A stretch of 64,000 nucleotides of DNA from Azolla caroliniana. Lineage: Eukaryota > Plantae > Polypodiophyta. Shown here piece after piece: positions 25,484 to 37,255 of this stretch. Where the stretch lies: contig JBHGNT010000009.1 in the NCBI GenBank assembly GCA_043228905.1, positions 14,322,001 through 14,386,000 on the forward strand. Reading direction: 5' to 3'. A model generated the notes under the pieces. That model searched no databases. It had not been told where the DNA came from and worked only from the letters and a program-made list of their open reading frames with translations. The translations under genes were made by a program, and so were the position numbers. Positions within the stretch are counted from its first letter, which is position 1, and every line of letters starts with the position of its first letter.

Positions 25484-27356
25484 TGATGCGAAAGATATAT
25501 GTATTATATGACGGAAGATATACAACAGTAGTTAGAAGGCTTAAGACTGGCGTTGAACCGATTTGGTTCGAACTAATGCCTTGCGCCTCCTTTTATAGTG
25601 TCTTCAGGAATACTCCTGAAGTTTCTAGAATGTTCCAGATAAATCTGGAATATACATCAATTTCCTAATAAAACCTAAATGAAAATAATATCCTTCAAAT
25701 TACAACTCATAACCTAATGGTAAAGTCTCGACCCGTGTAACAAAAGGTTATGGGTTCGAGTCTAGTTATGACAGCCATCACCTCCCGTCACCATCTTCGT
25801 CTTGACATCATTTTCCATAGCTATCTCTTCAAACTCATGGGCCTCGTACCCATTGATCCTTTTTATTGTGCAATCCTTTATTATGCTTCTTTCTTCGTCG
25901 CATGTATTAGTTTCGACCTTCAGTTCTTCGCCTTCAGTTCTCTTGGGTCTTACATCGGTTCTCGGACGCAATTGCCCAAGTCTCTGGAACAAGTGTGGAG
26001 AAAATTTGGCCGTCGTCATTGTCTGTATTATGTTGGTCCTTCTCTTCCTTTTCGCCACCATCCGTCTCTTGGGTCTCACGTTGGTTCTCAGACGCAACTG
26101 CCCAAGTCTCTAGATGAAGTGTTAGGAAAGTCTCCACATGACCATCCGCCATCGACTCGTCCATAGCCATCTCCGACTCGATGTCGTTTTTTGTGGCTAT
26201 CTCTTCAATCTCATGGGCCTCACACCCATTGACCCTCTTGATCGAACAAGCTTCGATTATGCTTCTCTCTTTAGCTTCGACCTTTGGTTCTTTGCCGTCA
26301 ACTTCTGCCTCTTGGGTCTCACATCGGTTCTCAGACGTAACTGCCCAAGCCTTTGGAACAAATGTGACGAAAATCTGGCCATGGTCGTTGTCGACGCTTG
26401 TTGTCTTGTTCATAGCCACCTCCTCGATGTCGACTTTAGTGGCTAGATCCTCTATCATGTTGATCTCACACTCTTTATCTCCCTTGATGCAAGCTTAGAT
26501 TTGGCTTGCTCCATCATCCGTTGTTTCGAACACGACGCATGTTCTGAAACATTTGTCCTCCTTTGAAATGACCGTCATAGTCCTCGAGTCATCATCAATC
26601 TTCTTTTCATGTTGGATGCGTTGTTTAGGCGTCTCGACTTCTTTAGATGGTTTTGTTTTCCCCACGCTTGGCCTTACTAAGTCAATGTCATCAAGCCATT
26701 GATGACGCTTGTCAATCTTGTTGCATGCTCACGTCACCGCAACCCAGTCCGCCACAAGCCCGTTCGCTTGGGTATCATCTTCGAGGAGAGTACCTAGTTC
26801 TCGTCTATCCTTCATATCCACAGCCTTTAGGAAGTACAAAGTTTTGTCCTCCTCAAGTAGCAGTTGGTCTGTGGCAGGGAGATGACGAAACATTTGGTCG
26901 AACTCGTCGTACACCCTCAAAGCGCTCATCCTCTTATTCTTCTTTTCTATCCACTTCATCAAGACATGTTGAGTCATCCTCGACAAATCTTCCGTCGCGA
27001 ACTCCGATAATATTGATCTTTCAAACTCTGACCACGTTGTCTTGCCTTCTTGAAGCTCAATGACGCGTCTTTGGATGTTGTTGGAAACAACTCTCTTGAA
27101 GCTTGCAATTTGACGTGCTTCGGACACGTCCCTTTGATTCATCTCCCTTTTGTATGCATCAAGGAACTTCGTAATGTTCCTTCCATCAAATTGACCCTCG
27201 AGCTCTACGACACGGTCGACGGCCTTCTCCACGCTTGCATCGTTGTCTCGAGATCTCATCATTTGTTCGAAGATTAGCATCATCCTTTCGAACTCTCCCG
27301 CGTGATTTCTTGAGGATGCCATCGCCAAGTATTGGTTGATCCTTCCTACCGCCTCG

Positions 27357-27374
27357 TTCACGTCGGGTTCACCA
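27357..27374 (-). promoter_or_regulatory. Primer-binding site of element B, tRNA-Trp-like
   Basis: Minus strand TGGTGAACCCGACGTGAA, 7 nt after the LTR end; complementary to the plant tRNA-Trp 3' end as recalled (TTCACGTCGGGTTCACCA). Confidence 0.75.
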
Positions 27375-28999
27375 AGTAAGATGTCGAGGAAATCCTCATG
27401 TGTTCGTGAAATGAAGCGGGACCACCGGGGTCCAGACCAGAAGGATTCGATGTTTTTAGCAACGTAAGCGAGAAAGTATTGAAGATAGATAGATGGATGA
27501 AGAGAGAGAGAGAGAGAGAGAGAGATTGAACCCTTGACTTTAGTTTTATGAGACAAGATACATCACCATTAGGATAACTCGGATCATTGATTAAAAGTTT
27601 CTTTTTTACTTACATCACTTGCCGCCTTACACAAGCCCCACTATAGGCTTTTATAGGTCTCTCCATGCAAAAACCATGGGCTAAACCCACAGGCTGAAAC
27701 CATGGGCTGAAACCACGGGCTAAAACCATGGTTTTGTGCCCACGGTTGTTATATGTTTACTTCCTACAAAATACTGAATATGAAAAGAATATATACAAAT
27801 TCTACAACACTCAGTAGTGGCTTTAGTCGTAAGTTAATTTGTTTCCTATGTTGGAGGTGCAAGGTTCAAGCCTTGTTTCCACCCTTTTGTATGCACTTAA
27901 ATGTTACTAGGCTTTAGTCTTATTTTTATATTTACAATTGAGCACACATCACACATGCACATGTTTTAACTTTACATCTAGCTTTTCTTTTACGATTCTC
28001 ATTTCAGTCCTATTTACAACATGCTAGCATATATGCATGTGGTCTTCTCCCCTTTCACACGTGCACCTTGCACCTTCTCGATTTTGTTCGTTGCACACAA
28101 TTTTCACACTGTTGCCGAAAATCTTCACGACAACGGGTCAATTTCAACTCCTCGTTCGGTTATGAGATGTCCAAGATAAGTAATTGATTTCTTGAAGAAC
28201 TCGCATTTTGAGATCTTCACGTAGAATTACTTGTTGCGCAATGTTTGTAAAATAAAGCAGACATGTTTAACATGTTCTTCTAATGTACAGCTATAGACTA
28301 GAATATCATCGAAGAAAATAACGACAAATTTTCCAAGTTGTTCTCGGAAAATGTTATTCATTTCTTGTTGAAATGTGGCTAGAGCATTGGTCAAACCGAA
28401 AGGCATGACCAAAAACTCCTAATGGCCATAACGCGTACGAAATGCCGTTTTAGGAACATCTTCCTCACTTATACGAATTTGATGGTAGCCTATACAAATA
28501 TCAAGTTTCATAAAATATCGAGCTCCCTGGAAATGGTCAATTAGATCGTCAGCCCGGGGCAATGTATATGAATTCTTGATTGTCACTTTATTCAAGCGTT
28601 AGTAATTAATACACATACGCCAGGTGGTCTCTTTCTTTTTTACCAAGAGAACAAGTGCAGCCCATGGATTTACTATAACGTATATATAACCCATTCGTAA
28701 GTAGTCCTTGAGTTGCTTAGATACCTCATCCTCTTCGGATCGACTTAAGCGATACAGAGGTATACTTATTGGTGCAATACTAGGTACAATATCTATATGA
28801 TGGTCTATATTACGTTTAGGAGGTAACCCATGTGGTAGTTCACTCGGATAAACATCACAAATTTTTTTAAAGATTTCATTGAGTTGTTGTTGTTCAAAAT
28901 ATGATAAATGACCCCCGAGACACTATCGATATTATAAACATGAATGTTCGGATCAAGTACACAATAAAATAAAGAAGAACAAGACAACTCAGATATTGA

Positions 29000-29630
29000 T
29001 GGAGAGGAAACAATCTCGAACTGATCAGTGACCAAGGAGGCCACTTCCTGAATACAGTGATTCACGGTGTCTTGAAGAAAACCGGCCGTGGGAAGAATCG
29101 GGAGTCCAAGCGCGTGAACCAGTGCTACACGGATCAACATTTAAATTGATTAACTTTGTACATAGTTAGGGATAGGTCAGTGTGATGTAGGCAGATTAAA
29201 TTGAATAGGTTAGCAAATCAATGCATATCTCTGTCCGAAGGGACAGAGAATAAAGATGATGTAATTGGATGTGACAGCTCTCCATCGCCCGCCTATAAAA
29301 GGAGCGGGAGAAAGACGAAAAGGGATCGTGTTCTTGGGGGGAGGAGGAAGTGCTGTCGAATTGGGAATCGAGCACCGATCTCTGTTTTTCTTTGCATCAA
29401 TCTCTGTTGTAATCTTTGTTTGGTTGTAGTCGATTCTTCCTAAGGGTAATTTCTGTCTATCTTTGGCGTGTTGCCGTGTCCCTGTCTGAACCGGCAAGTG
29501 CGGTGCTTGCCGGTACACGGTGTCTCCCGTTCTTTCTTTTTCTTTTCTCTTTTCTTTCTACGTTCGCACACTCCTCGGTCTAGGGCCCGCATGGTCCCGC
29601 CTTAGTTTCCTACGCGCACGTGCGACAACA
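29000..29630 (+). mobile_element. LTR-like fragment (solo or truncated LTR, family unknown)
   Basis: TATA-like cctataaaagg at about 29293, CT-rich tract and a ...gacaaca end; left boundary and TSD not resolved. Confidence 0.4.
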
Positions 29631-30867
29631 TGACATAATTTGGTGAGAACCGGAAGAGAAGACATATTTGTAAATATGTTTTGAGCAAGCCTATTGAGGC
29701 TATATTTGTAAATAGCCCTAAGTTCATATAAGTATAAATATGACTTAGGGCAATCACTTTGAAAGGTTGTTGTTGTTATTGTCATATTGTTGTATAGAGA
29801 GAGCGACAGAGAGAGAGTGTGAGATACAGAGAAATACTCTAGTGTAACCGCCGGTTGGCGAAGAAACAGAGCTCGAGGTCATTGCCTCTAAGTCTCTAAT
29901 TGTACCCTCTTTTTCTTCATAGTGATAGTTGGAGTCTGTGGGCTCCCGTGGTTTTTTCCCATTCAGGGTTTTCCACGTTAACATCCTGTGTACTCTCTTT
30001 TGTGTGTACGTTTATTCCCATTCTTGTGTTGCACTCTTATCAAAGTGATTCAAGACTTGGTTGTGGCTGAGCAGTCTTTCGCGCTATTCCTCTCAAACTA
30101 GTATCAGAGTGAACAACACAGAAAATGGAAGAATCGTTCAACGGCATGTTCAAGCTCATTGGATCCAACTACTCAATGTGGAAGTCGAAGATGAGGAATA
30201 TGCTGGTGGTCAAAGATCTTTGGTTGCTGGTTCAGTTCGGGGACAAGAGACCGGATAAGATCGACGCCACAATGTGGGAGGTGATGCACATGAAGAAGAC
30301 AACATACATCCGATGCTTCATCGACATAAGCATGTACAACAACTTCAATGAAGAAAGTAAGGCTCATGAATGTTACCGGCCCGGCCGGCAAAGGAGTCTA
30401 GAGTGTGAAACAGGGAGTTATTTAATTATTAGGAATGGTTGTAAGTAAGCTATGAGTGTGGACGGACAGACCGGAATCGGTATGCCGTTCTGGATCCGGA
30501 CCGATCCCGAACAGGTGCACAGGTGCGCATGGCACCGTTTTGTACTACAGACCGGAAACCTATTTAAAGGCCCGGATACAATGTAATGAGCAACGGTTAA
30601 TTAATAAAGCTTAGTGTTTTTTATCTCTCTGTGTTAATTGCCGTTCTGCATTCATTGTTATATCTTACGCGTGTGATTATTAAGGACGATCTTACTAAGT
30701 AGCCTAATTAAGTCGGATTAATCGTTGATTCTAATCCTATTGCCGTAACACCCCTTTGGTGAAGTGTCTTCCGGAGACACCCTGTGTTAGGCCATTGTCC
30801 GGCCCTAAGAGTTAACACATTTTTTGGCGACCATGATTCTTGTTTTTGTAGCGAACGACGGCACGAA

Positions 30868-33800
30868 TGGATGACTAGATCAACGCATGACCTGGTTATA
30901 GATCGAACTCGACGCCTTGCCGAAAGGCAAAGGAGACGTGAGGCTTTCCAGCAAGCGGCGCAGGAAATTAGAGCGGATCGCTCGTTTTCCAACGTAATCC
31001 GGAGAGTAGTAGAGGAGTCCCTATGGTTACAGCAAACATCGCACCCGGATGACGGCAGCAGCCTAAGCAGCCTCCGGGAAACCGAATCCCTTCTCCAGGC
31101 GTTGGCAAGCGGAGAAGGCGAAGCAGAAGCCTTTTCAGTGTATGAATCGGATTCCGAAGGGGAATACAACGTGCACACGAACTACCGTAGCAGCAACGAA
31201 ACCCCAGGCGGACCGGAGGACGAAGGATCAGACACCTTACCGACACCAGAACCGGAATTGCTAAGGCTGGAACCTCCGGAACCAACAGAGTAAGAGCGAC
31301 CTCCGACACCGGAAGTCGAGGAGGAGAGGCCTCCATCACCAAAAGAAGAGGAAAGACCACCGACGCCGGAGAAAAACCAGGAATGACCACCAACACCGCC
31401 AACCCGCGCACCAATACCGGACGACGACATGCCATTCCAGTACTCCAAGTATAGAGATGATCCGGACGCGGAAGCTCATGTTCACGCCTTTGAACAGACA
31501 TGGGAAGCAAACCATGTGTCCCAGCGATTAACCCCGGAAGAAGAGGAACGCTCTAAGATAGCGGAATTTGGCGTCACATTGGAAGGACCGGCAACGAGAT
31601 GGCGCCGGACGTAGGACCTGTCTACCATCACCACTTTCGCAGATTTAAAACCTAAATTCTTGCATTTTTTCCAAAAGGAGGTGGACCAGACAGTAATGGT
31701 GGGCTTATTTTATACCATCTGACAGGAGGCAGGGGAGAGCATTCCCCAGTTTGTCATCCGGTTTCAACGGATGCATAGTCAGCTTGCCCGCGCACCCCCG
31801 GAGGAGGAATTACGGACTATATTCCTAAATGCGCTCCGGGAACCCCTACGCACGGTTTGCACGGTAATTGACTTCTGCACAAGTACTATCGACCAGGTCA
31901 TTGACCGGGTGAGAGAGATGTAAAAGACAAGCTCCTGGCTCACACTGGGAGCACTCCAACGGGTGTTACCGTTCGATGAAGACCTCCGGTTTCGGCAAGC
32001 AATACAGTGCACAACCTGCTTGAATTCCGGACACTCGGCACTAGAATGCACTATGAGGACGCAATGTGTAATCTGTCAATCCAAGGGCCATACGATGGAT
32101 AGGTTCGAGTATAATCTATTGAACCGGCAAGCACCGCCTGTCCGACAAATAGAGCCACGCAACAGTCGGGATGAAGAAGAGGAACGCTGGCGGTGAATGG
32201 ACCGCGACCGACCGGCACAGGATGTCCGGTATGGCGATCGACGGGAGAATGATGTCCGGTACGGTGATCGGCGGGATAACTATGACTGGCATGATAGATA
32301 TGATCGGTACCGAGATTACAATAGACGATATGAACATTACGACCGGGAGCACTCCCCCGGGTATCGTCAACAACGGGAGGAATACGGTAGATATAACAAC
32401 CAACCTTGTCAAGAGTACCGCAATAAGAAGAACTATAACAAAAAAGGGCATTTCAAAAAAGGCGGCTACCCACGGGATCCGGAACAAGGAGCTTCAAGCA
32501 GCCAACCGGCCCAAAACCCTGCGCTTACCACGGGACCTGCCTCGGGTACAACAGACAATGCTGAATCTAGCAATACCCGGAAAGCCTACTTCAACTACTG
32601 CCGACAGGAAGGCCATTATAGTAATCAATGCCTGGAGAAGAGCTATGACAAACGACCGACAGTAAATATGGTAGTCCTTGAAGTGGCAGATCTGCAGCAG
32701 GTGACCACAAGGTCGAAGGGCATGGCCAAGGAATGGGAGACGCAGGAGACCATCCGGAAGCAAGCAACGGAATGGGTGAAAAAAGCAAACGAGCAAAATG
32801 TCACAGACTTACAGCGGCAAAAGGAGAATACCGTAGGGCTTGCCGGCGGCAGTCACTCCGAGAACGAGACATGGCTGGCGTTGCAAGAATGCCAGATTAC
32901 GCTGCCACTAGGAAGACTCCTACAACTCGTGCCAAGATTCACAGAAGGACTGAAGACGGACATGACGGCAGGAGAATCATCACCGGCACCGGTACTCTTC
33001 TCGAATCCGGAGGAGGGACCAACGGTGGTGGACACCAACAGTCCGGTAATCACTGCCATTGTAAAAGGGAAAGAACTCCCCGGCACAGTTATAGACGGAG
33101 GCTCCGGGGTGAATGTAATAAGACTTCGAACGTGTGATGCCCTGGGAATCCACGAGTGGGAGCCGTGTCCGTTCTGGTTACGAATGGCCGATACAAGCTC
33201 AGTGTGGCTGACAAAATTAATACGAAAATTAGAAGTCACCGTTGGTAGTCATACATTTCACATCTTGGCAGTAGTGCTACAATTACAGGCACAAGGCGCA
33301 TACCCGCTATTGCTGGGGCGACCGTGGTTGAAAACGGCACATATCAAACAGAATTGGAGGAAAAATATAATTACCTTCCGGCGAGGAAAAGCCAAGGTAC
33401 GGGTACCAACACAGCCAAGGACGAGCACTGGCAAGGAATGTACACCGTTGTATGCAGAGTGCGTCAACATGCTAGAAGGGTTAGCTGACAAAGAAGAAGC
33501 TCAGTACTTGCAGGAAAACCCGAAGATCGTACCCCTCTTCGAAATTGACATTGCCGAAGCAGTAGCACCATACTTATCGCAGCCGGAAGAGATTGAAGCA
33601 GAACCGGATAAAGACGCAATCCGAGAGTTACGGCAAGCGCAGGAAGCGTTGGAACGGGAAATGGCCGTTTCACAGCGCGTAAAAGCGTCACAACTTGAAG
33701 AGGTGAACCTAGGGACCACAGACGAAGCAAAATCGGTGCACATCGCCAAGGAGATGAAGTCCGAAGACAAAACGGTGATGATTACACTTCTCACGGAATT

Positions 33801-36483
33801 CCACTGTTCGCCTAGTCATACGAACACATGCGAGGGCTCGACCCTTAGTTATACCAACATCAGATTCACTTGAGCAAGGATGCAAAACCAGTTGCACAGA
33901 GACGGTACCGGATGAATCCCAATTATGCCGCCAAAGTCAAGGAGGAAATCGACAAACTGCTAAGAGTGGGCTTTATCCGTCCGGTAAAGAAAGCAACATG
34001 GCTGAGCCCGATCGTAGTCGTACCGAAGAAGAACGGAAAAATTCGAGTTTGTGTGGACTACCGAAAACTCAATGCGGCTACGGTAATGGATGCGTTTCCA
34101 CTTCCGTTCACAGATGGAGTGTTGGATGCCGTCGCCGGCCATGAGGTCTATAGTTTTCTAGACGGATTCAGTGGGTACAATCAGATCCGGATGCACCCCG
34201 ATGATCAAGAGAAAACGGCTTTCGTCACCGAATGGGGGGTGTTTGTGGCCGTGATGATGATGTTTGGACTCAAAACCGCACCAGCAACATTTCAACGAAT
34301 CATCATGGAAATCTTTGGTGAATATATCTTGGCTTTTATGCAGGTTTTTCTTGACGATTTCGCCGTCTATAGCCGGGAGGAGAACCATTTTCAGCACCTC
34401 CGTCTTTGTCTAGAAAAGTGTAGAGCGTACCAGCTAAGCTTGAATCTGGCGAAGTGTGTATTTGGCATGTCTAGTGGAACCTTTCTAGGACATATTGTGA
34501 GCCAGGAAGGCATTGCAGTCGGCCCAGACAAAGTGAAAGCCATATTAGAAGCACCGGCGCCGGCAACGACAAAGGCATTGAGCCGGTTCTTAGGCCAGAT
34601 CCGGTGGCACAGCCGGATGCTCCGATACTTGGCCGACCTGGCTACACCGTTGCATGCCGCCGTACATCGGACACCATTCCGGTGGACCGACAACGAGGAT
34701 AGGGCGTATAGGGCCCTCAAGGTACTATTGTCGCAAGCACCGGTAGTGCAGCCTCCGGATTGGAGTAAAGAATTTCATGTGTTCGTGGACGCCTCCGACA
34801 TCGCAATTGGAAGCGTACTGATGCAGCTTACGGAGCCAAAGTGGTACCGGCCAGTGTACTATGCCAGCCGAAAGTTATCCTAAGCGGAATGGAACTACTC
34901 TACCAGTGTGACAAAGTTTCGGCATTATTTATTGGGAAGGAAGTTTTCCTTCCATGTAGATCATTCGACACTCCTTTACCTAGTGTCCAAGGCGTCACTC
35001 ACCGGTAAGTTGGCCCGGTGGACCTTACTGTTACAGGAAGTCGAGTTCGAAATATTCCACCGACCCGGTATACAACATGTTGTAGCGGATTACTTAAGCC
35101 GATTAGAGTCCAGAGAGATGGGTGACGGGGTAGCGGACGAGTTTCCGGATGCGGAGCTGTTTCGAGTCACTACGGAAACGACAACAGATGAGACGGTGGC
35201 ACAGGAAGACAAGTGGCTCACAAATATGCACCAGTTTCTGAGCACAGGACTGCCTCCGGAAGAGATGAACCGGGACGAAAGGAAACGCCTGGCAGTGCAA
35301 AGCCGACATTTCTGCTTACTGCAAGACACACTTTACCACAAGGGCGTGGACGGCATATGGAGACGGGTTGTGCGCAGCGATGAAAAGGACCTCATACTGA
35401 GGGAAGCCCACTGCGGAGTTGCTGGAGGTCACTATGCCGGAGATGCGACGACCAGGAAAATATGGCAAAGTGGCCTATGGTGGCCAACGACATTAAGAGA
35501 TGCGGTACGGTACGCAAAAGAATGTGACCTATGCGAGCGAATGGGCCAACCAACGGAGCAGGCTCGGATGCCACACCAGCTTGTACTACCACTGAGCCAT
35601 TCCAGAAGTGGGGGCTGGACTTTGTTGGACCGTTCAAACCACCGGCAATGAGAACAGGCAATCGGTACGTCATCGTTGCGACGGATTACTGCACGAAAAG
35701 GGTGGAGGCGAAAGCCTTAAGAGACAACACCGCTGCGTCAACGGCAAAATTTCTATACGAATACATCTGGTGCCGTTACGGATGCCCAATCGAATTAATA
35801 AGCGACCAAGGGGGGCACTTTCTCGGCCAAGTAGTTGAAAGCTTGACGACATTCTATGCCGTTGTCCATAAACGGAGCACACCATACTATCCGCAAGCAA
35901 ACGGGTTAGCTGAATCGACGAACAAAACGCTCCAGAATATCCTCCGGAAGATCTTCAACGAAAACCGAACGGATTGGGATACCAAGCTACATAGCGCGCT
36001 TTGGGCATATACCGGACAGCACATAAAACGAGCATCCGAACAACACCGTTCCGGTTAGCGTTCCGACTAGAGGCGGTAATGCCGGTGGAATTCCAAGTAC
36101 CCAGCTTACGGATCCAGCTACGGGAAAGGCTGAACGAGAAGGAGTCGGAGGCAATACGGTTAATAGCGTTGTGTGAACTCGAGGAACAACGACTTGCAAG
36201 CATCCTGCACTTAGAATTGGAACAATGGCGATGGAAAGCATTTGTCGACCGGCACAGGAAAGGAAATGAAAAAATGTTCGCAATCGGCAAGCCGGTGTTA
36301 GTATTTCAGACCCGGATGGGCAAGATGCCCAAAAACCCAAATGGGTCAACGGATTCCGATTGAAGCCATATAGACGACCGATGCCAAAAAACCCATTTGA
36401 GCAAAGGACCGACACTGGTGCGGAAACGGCAACCTATGAGGGAAATGGCAACCACCAAGACGGCAGAGACGGCGAGCCGGTAA
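30868..36483 (+). pseudogene. gag-pol of D1 (disrupted)
   Basis: Gag (DPDAEAHVHAFEQTWEAN), CCHC knuckles, protease VIDGGSGVN, RT FLDDFAVYS, RNase H VDASD, integrase GGHYAG...CDLC, GLDFVGP, ISDQG; several stops and frameshifts; GPF region partly deleted. Confidence 0.9.
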
Positions 36484-37159
36484 CTGGGGAGAATGAGGCC
36501 GGTAAGGGTCCGATAGGACCAACGGACAAGTAACCTCACACTAACAGTATAAAAAAAAAAAAAGTAAAAAGAAAAAAAAGAAACGAAGTAATCATGCAAA
36601 AGTGAGGTATGAATGGACGAGAGAGCGAGGAACGAAAAGGTACGTAGTGGGCATTTAAGCGCCACCACAGGACATAATGCTATTTTAGTACACAACGTGC
36701 ATGTTACCCGTTCCTTTGGGTGAACACCTTCGATAGATCTGCGGCTATCGGTCTTCAAGGGCGTGGTATGTGAAGGCTCGTAACAGAGGCGTCGAGAGAG
36801 ATACAGGGCTTAGAGAGAAAACACTAGCGAGGTCTTGATAGACGTGGGCGGCGTTGAACTCATAGGTATGGATCAAAGCACAGACTCATACAACAAAATG
36901 GGCACAACTCAGATATATTACTATGATAGAAAAGATTACAAAACACGGCCTATGGCTGGTGACCGTACAAGTTTATCTAATTACGAAGGACTAAGCTAGT
37001 GCTTCCGCCTATATTTTTCTTCTCTCCCTCTCTGAGGTACTGGTCCTCGTTTAAATAACTTTTCCCCTAATACACAGCCGAGCCGTCGGTGGCCCGTGAT
37101 ACTCGGACTCGGCGTTTGCTAATTTCCTAATTTTACATTTCTGTCCTCTGGACAACACC

Positions 37160-37199
37160 TAGCACGCCCGTGGGACAGGACCTTGTCCGTCGGACCCAC
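37160..37199 (-). other. Same tRNA-Arg-like motif in the PPT position of D2
   Basis: Minus strand GTGGGTCCGA-CGGACAAGGTCCT-GTCCCACGGGCGTGCTA, then 2 nt (GG), then the LTR TGTTGTCC. Confidence 0.75.
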
Positions 37200-37255
37200 G
37201 ACTTACAAAATACTAACAATATTACAAAAATTGCCTTTTAGGCGTGATCCTCGTT

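Larger units (their letters stand above)
19992..25773 (-). mobile_element. Element C: intact, very young Tcn1/Tf1-sushi-like chromovirus (LTRs 25773-25305 and 20468-19992)
   Basis: TG...CA LTRs differ by one substitution that I could find plus GA-microsatellite length; TSD GCCAT (19987-19991, 25774-25778); PPT aaaagggggatag; open gag and pol. Confidence 0.97.
17886..28132 (-). mobile_element. Element B: non-autonomous gypsy-like LTR element (5' LTR about 28132-27382, 3' LTR 19011-17886) with gag relic and internal repeats; hosts element C
   Basis: 12-bp terminal inverted repeat tgtcgtgaagat...atcttcacgaca; 4-bp TSD ACGG whose removal restores host frame GVEIDPSCIEKV; PPT ggtgggggtgga before 19011; gag-like FDGRNITKFLDAYKREM at 27323-26729. 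Confidence 0.8.
15650..28990 (-). mobile_element. Element A: old Ty3/gypsy chromovirus lacking its 5' end, interrupted by element B (17886-28132)
   Basis: Decayed pol: RT 28800-28137 ([18 protein letters not shown]), resuming at 17885; RNase H 17663-17310 (VETDASD); integrase 17229-16500 (IVSDQDPKF, GPF); chromodomain (IKWMDKSIQDATWE); PPT aaagagggggagta, then a 3' LTR from about 16216 to 15650. No gag or 5' LTR in the window. Confidence 0.85.

Noticed and set aside
19847-25932. Near-identical ~140-bp blocks on both sides of element C (about 19847-19989 and 25790-25932), suggesting a giant TSD
   Set aside because: The true TSD is GCCAT. The blocks belong to a pre-existing repeat array in element B, with a third diverged copy at about 26165-26310.
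19590-26360. Recurring ctcttgggtct(t/c)acatcggtt...tgcccaagtctct motif with variable spacers, superficially CRISPR-like
   Set aside because: Eukaryotic retroelement context, irregular spacing, spacers related to each other, and no cas genes.
26729-27556. 275-aa ORF starting inside the LTR of B as an extended Gag
   Set aside because: Its first ~78 codons run through a CT microsatellite, the LTR end and the PBS; the likely start is MASSRN at 27323.
36550-36590. A-rich purine tract after the D1 integrase as a substitute PPT
   Set aside because: About 3.2 kb from the 3' LTR once D2 is removed, so it cannot define the LTR end; D2 has no equivalent tract.
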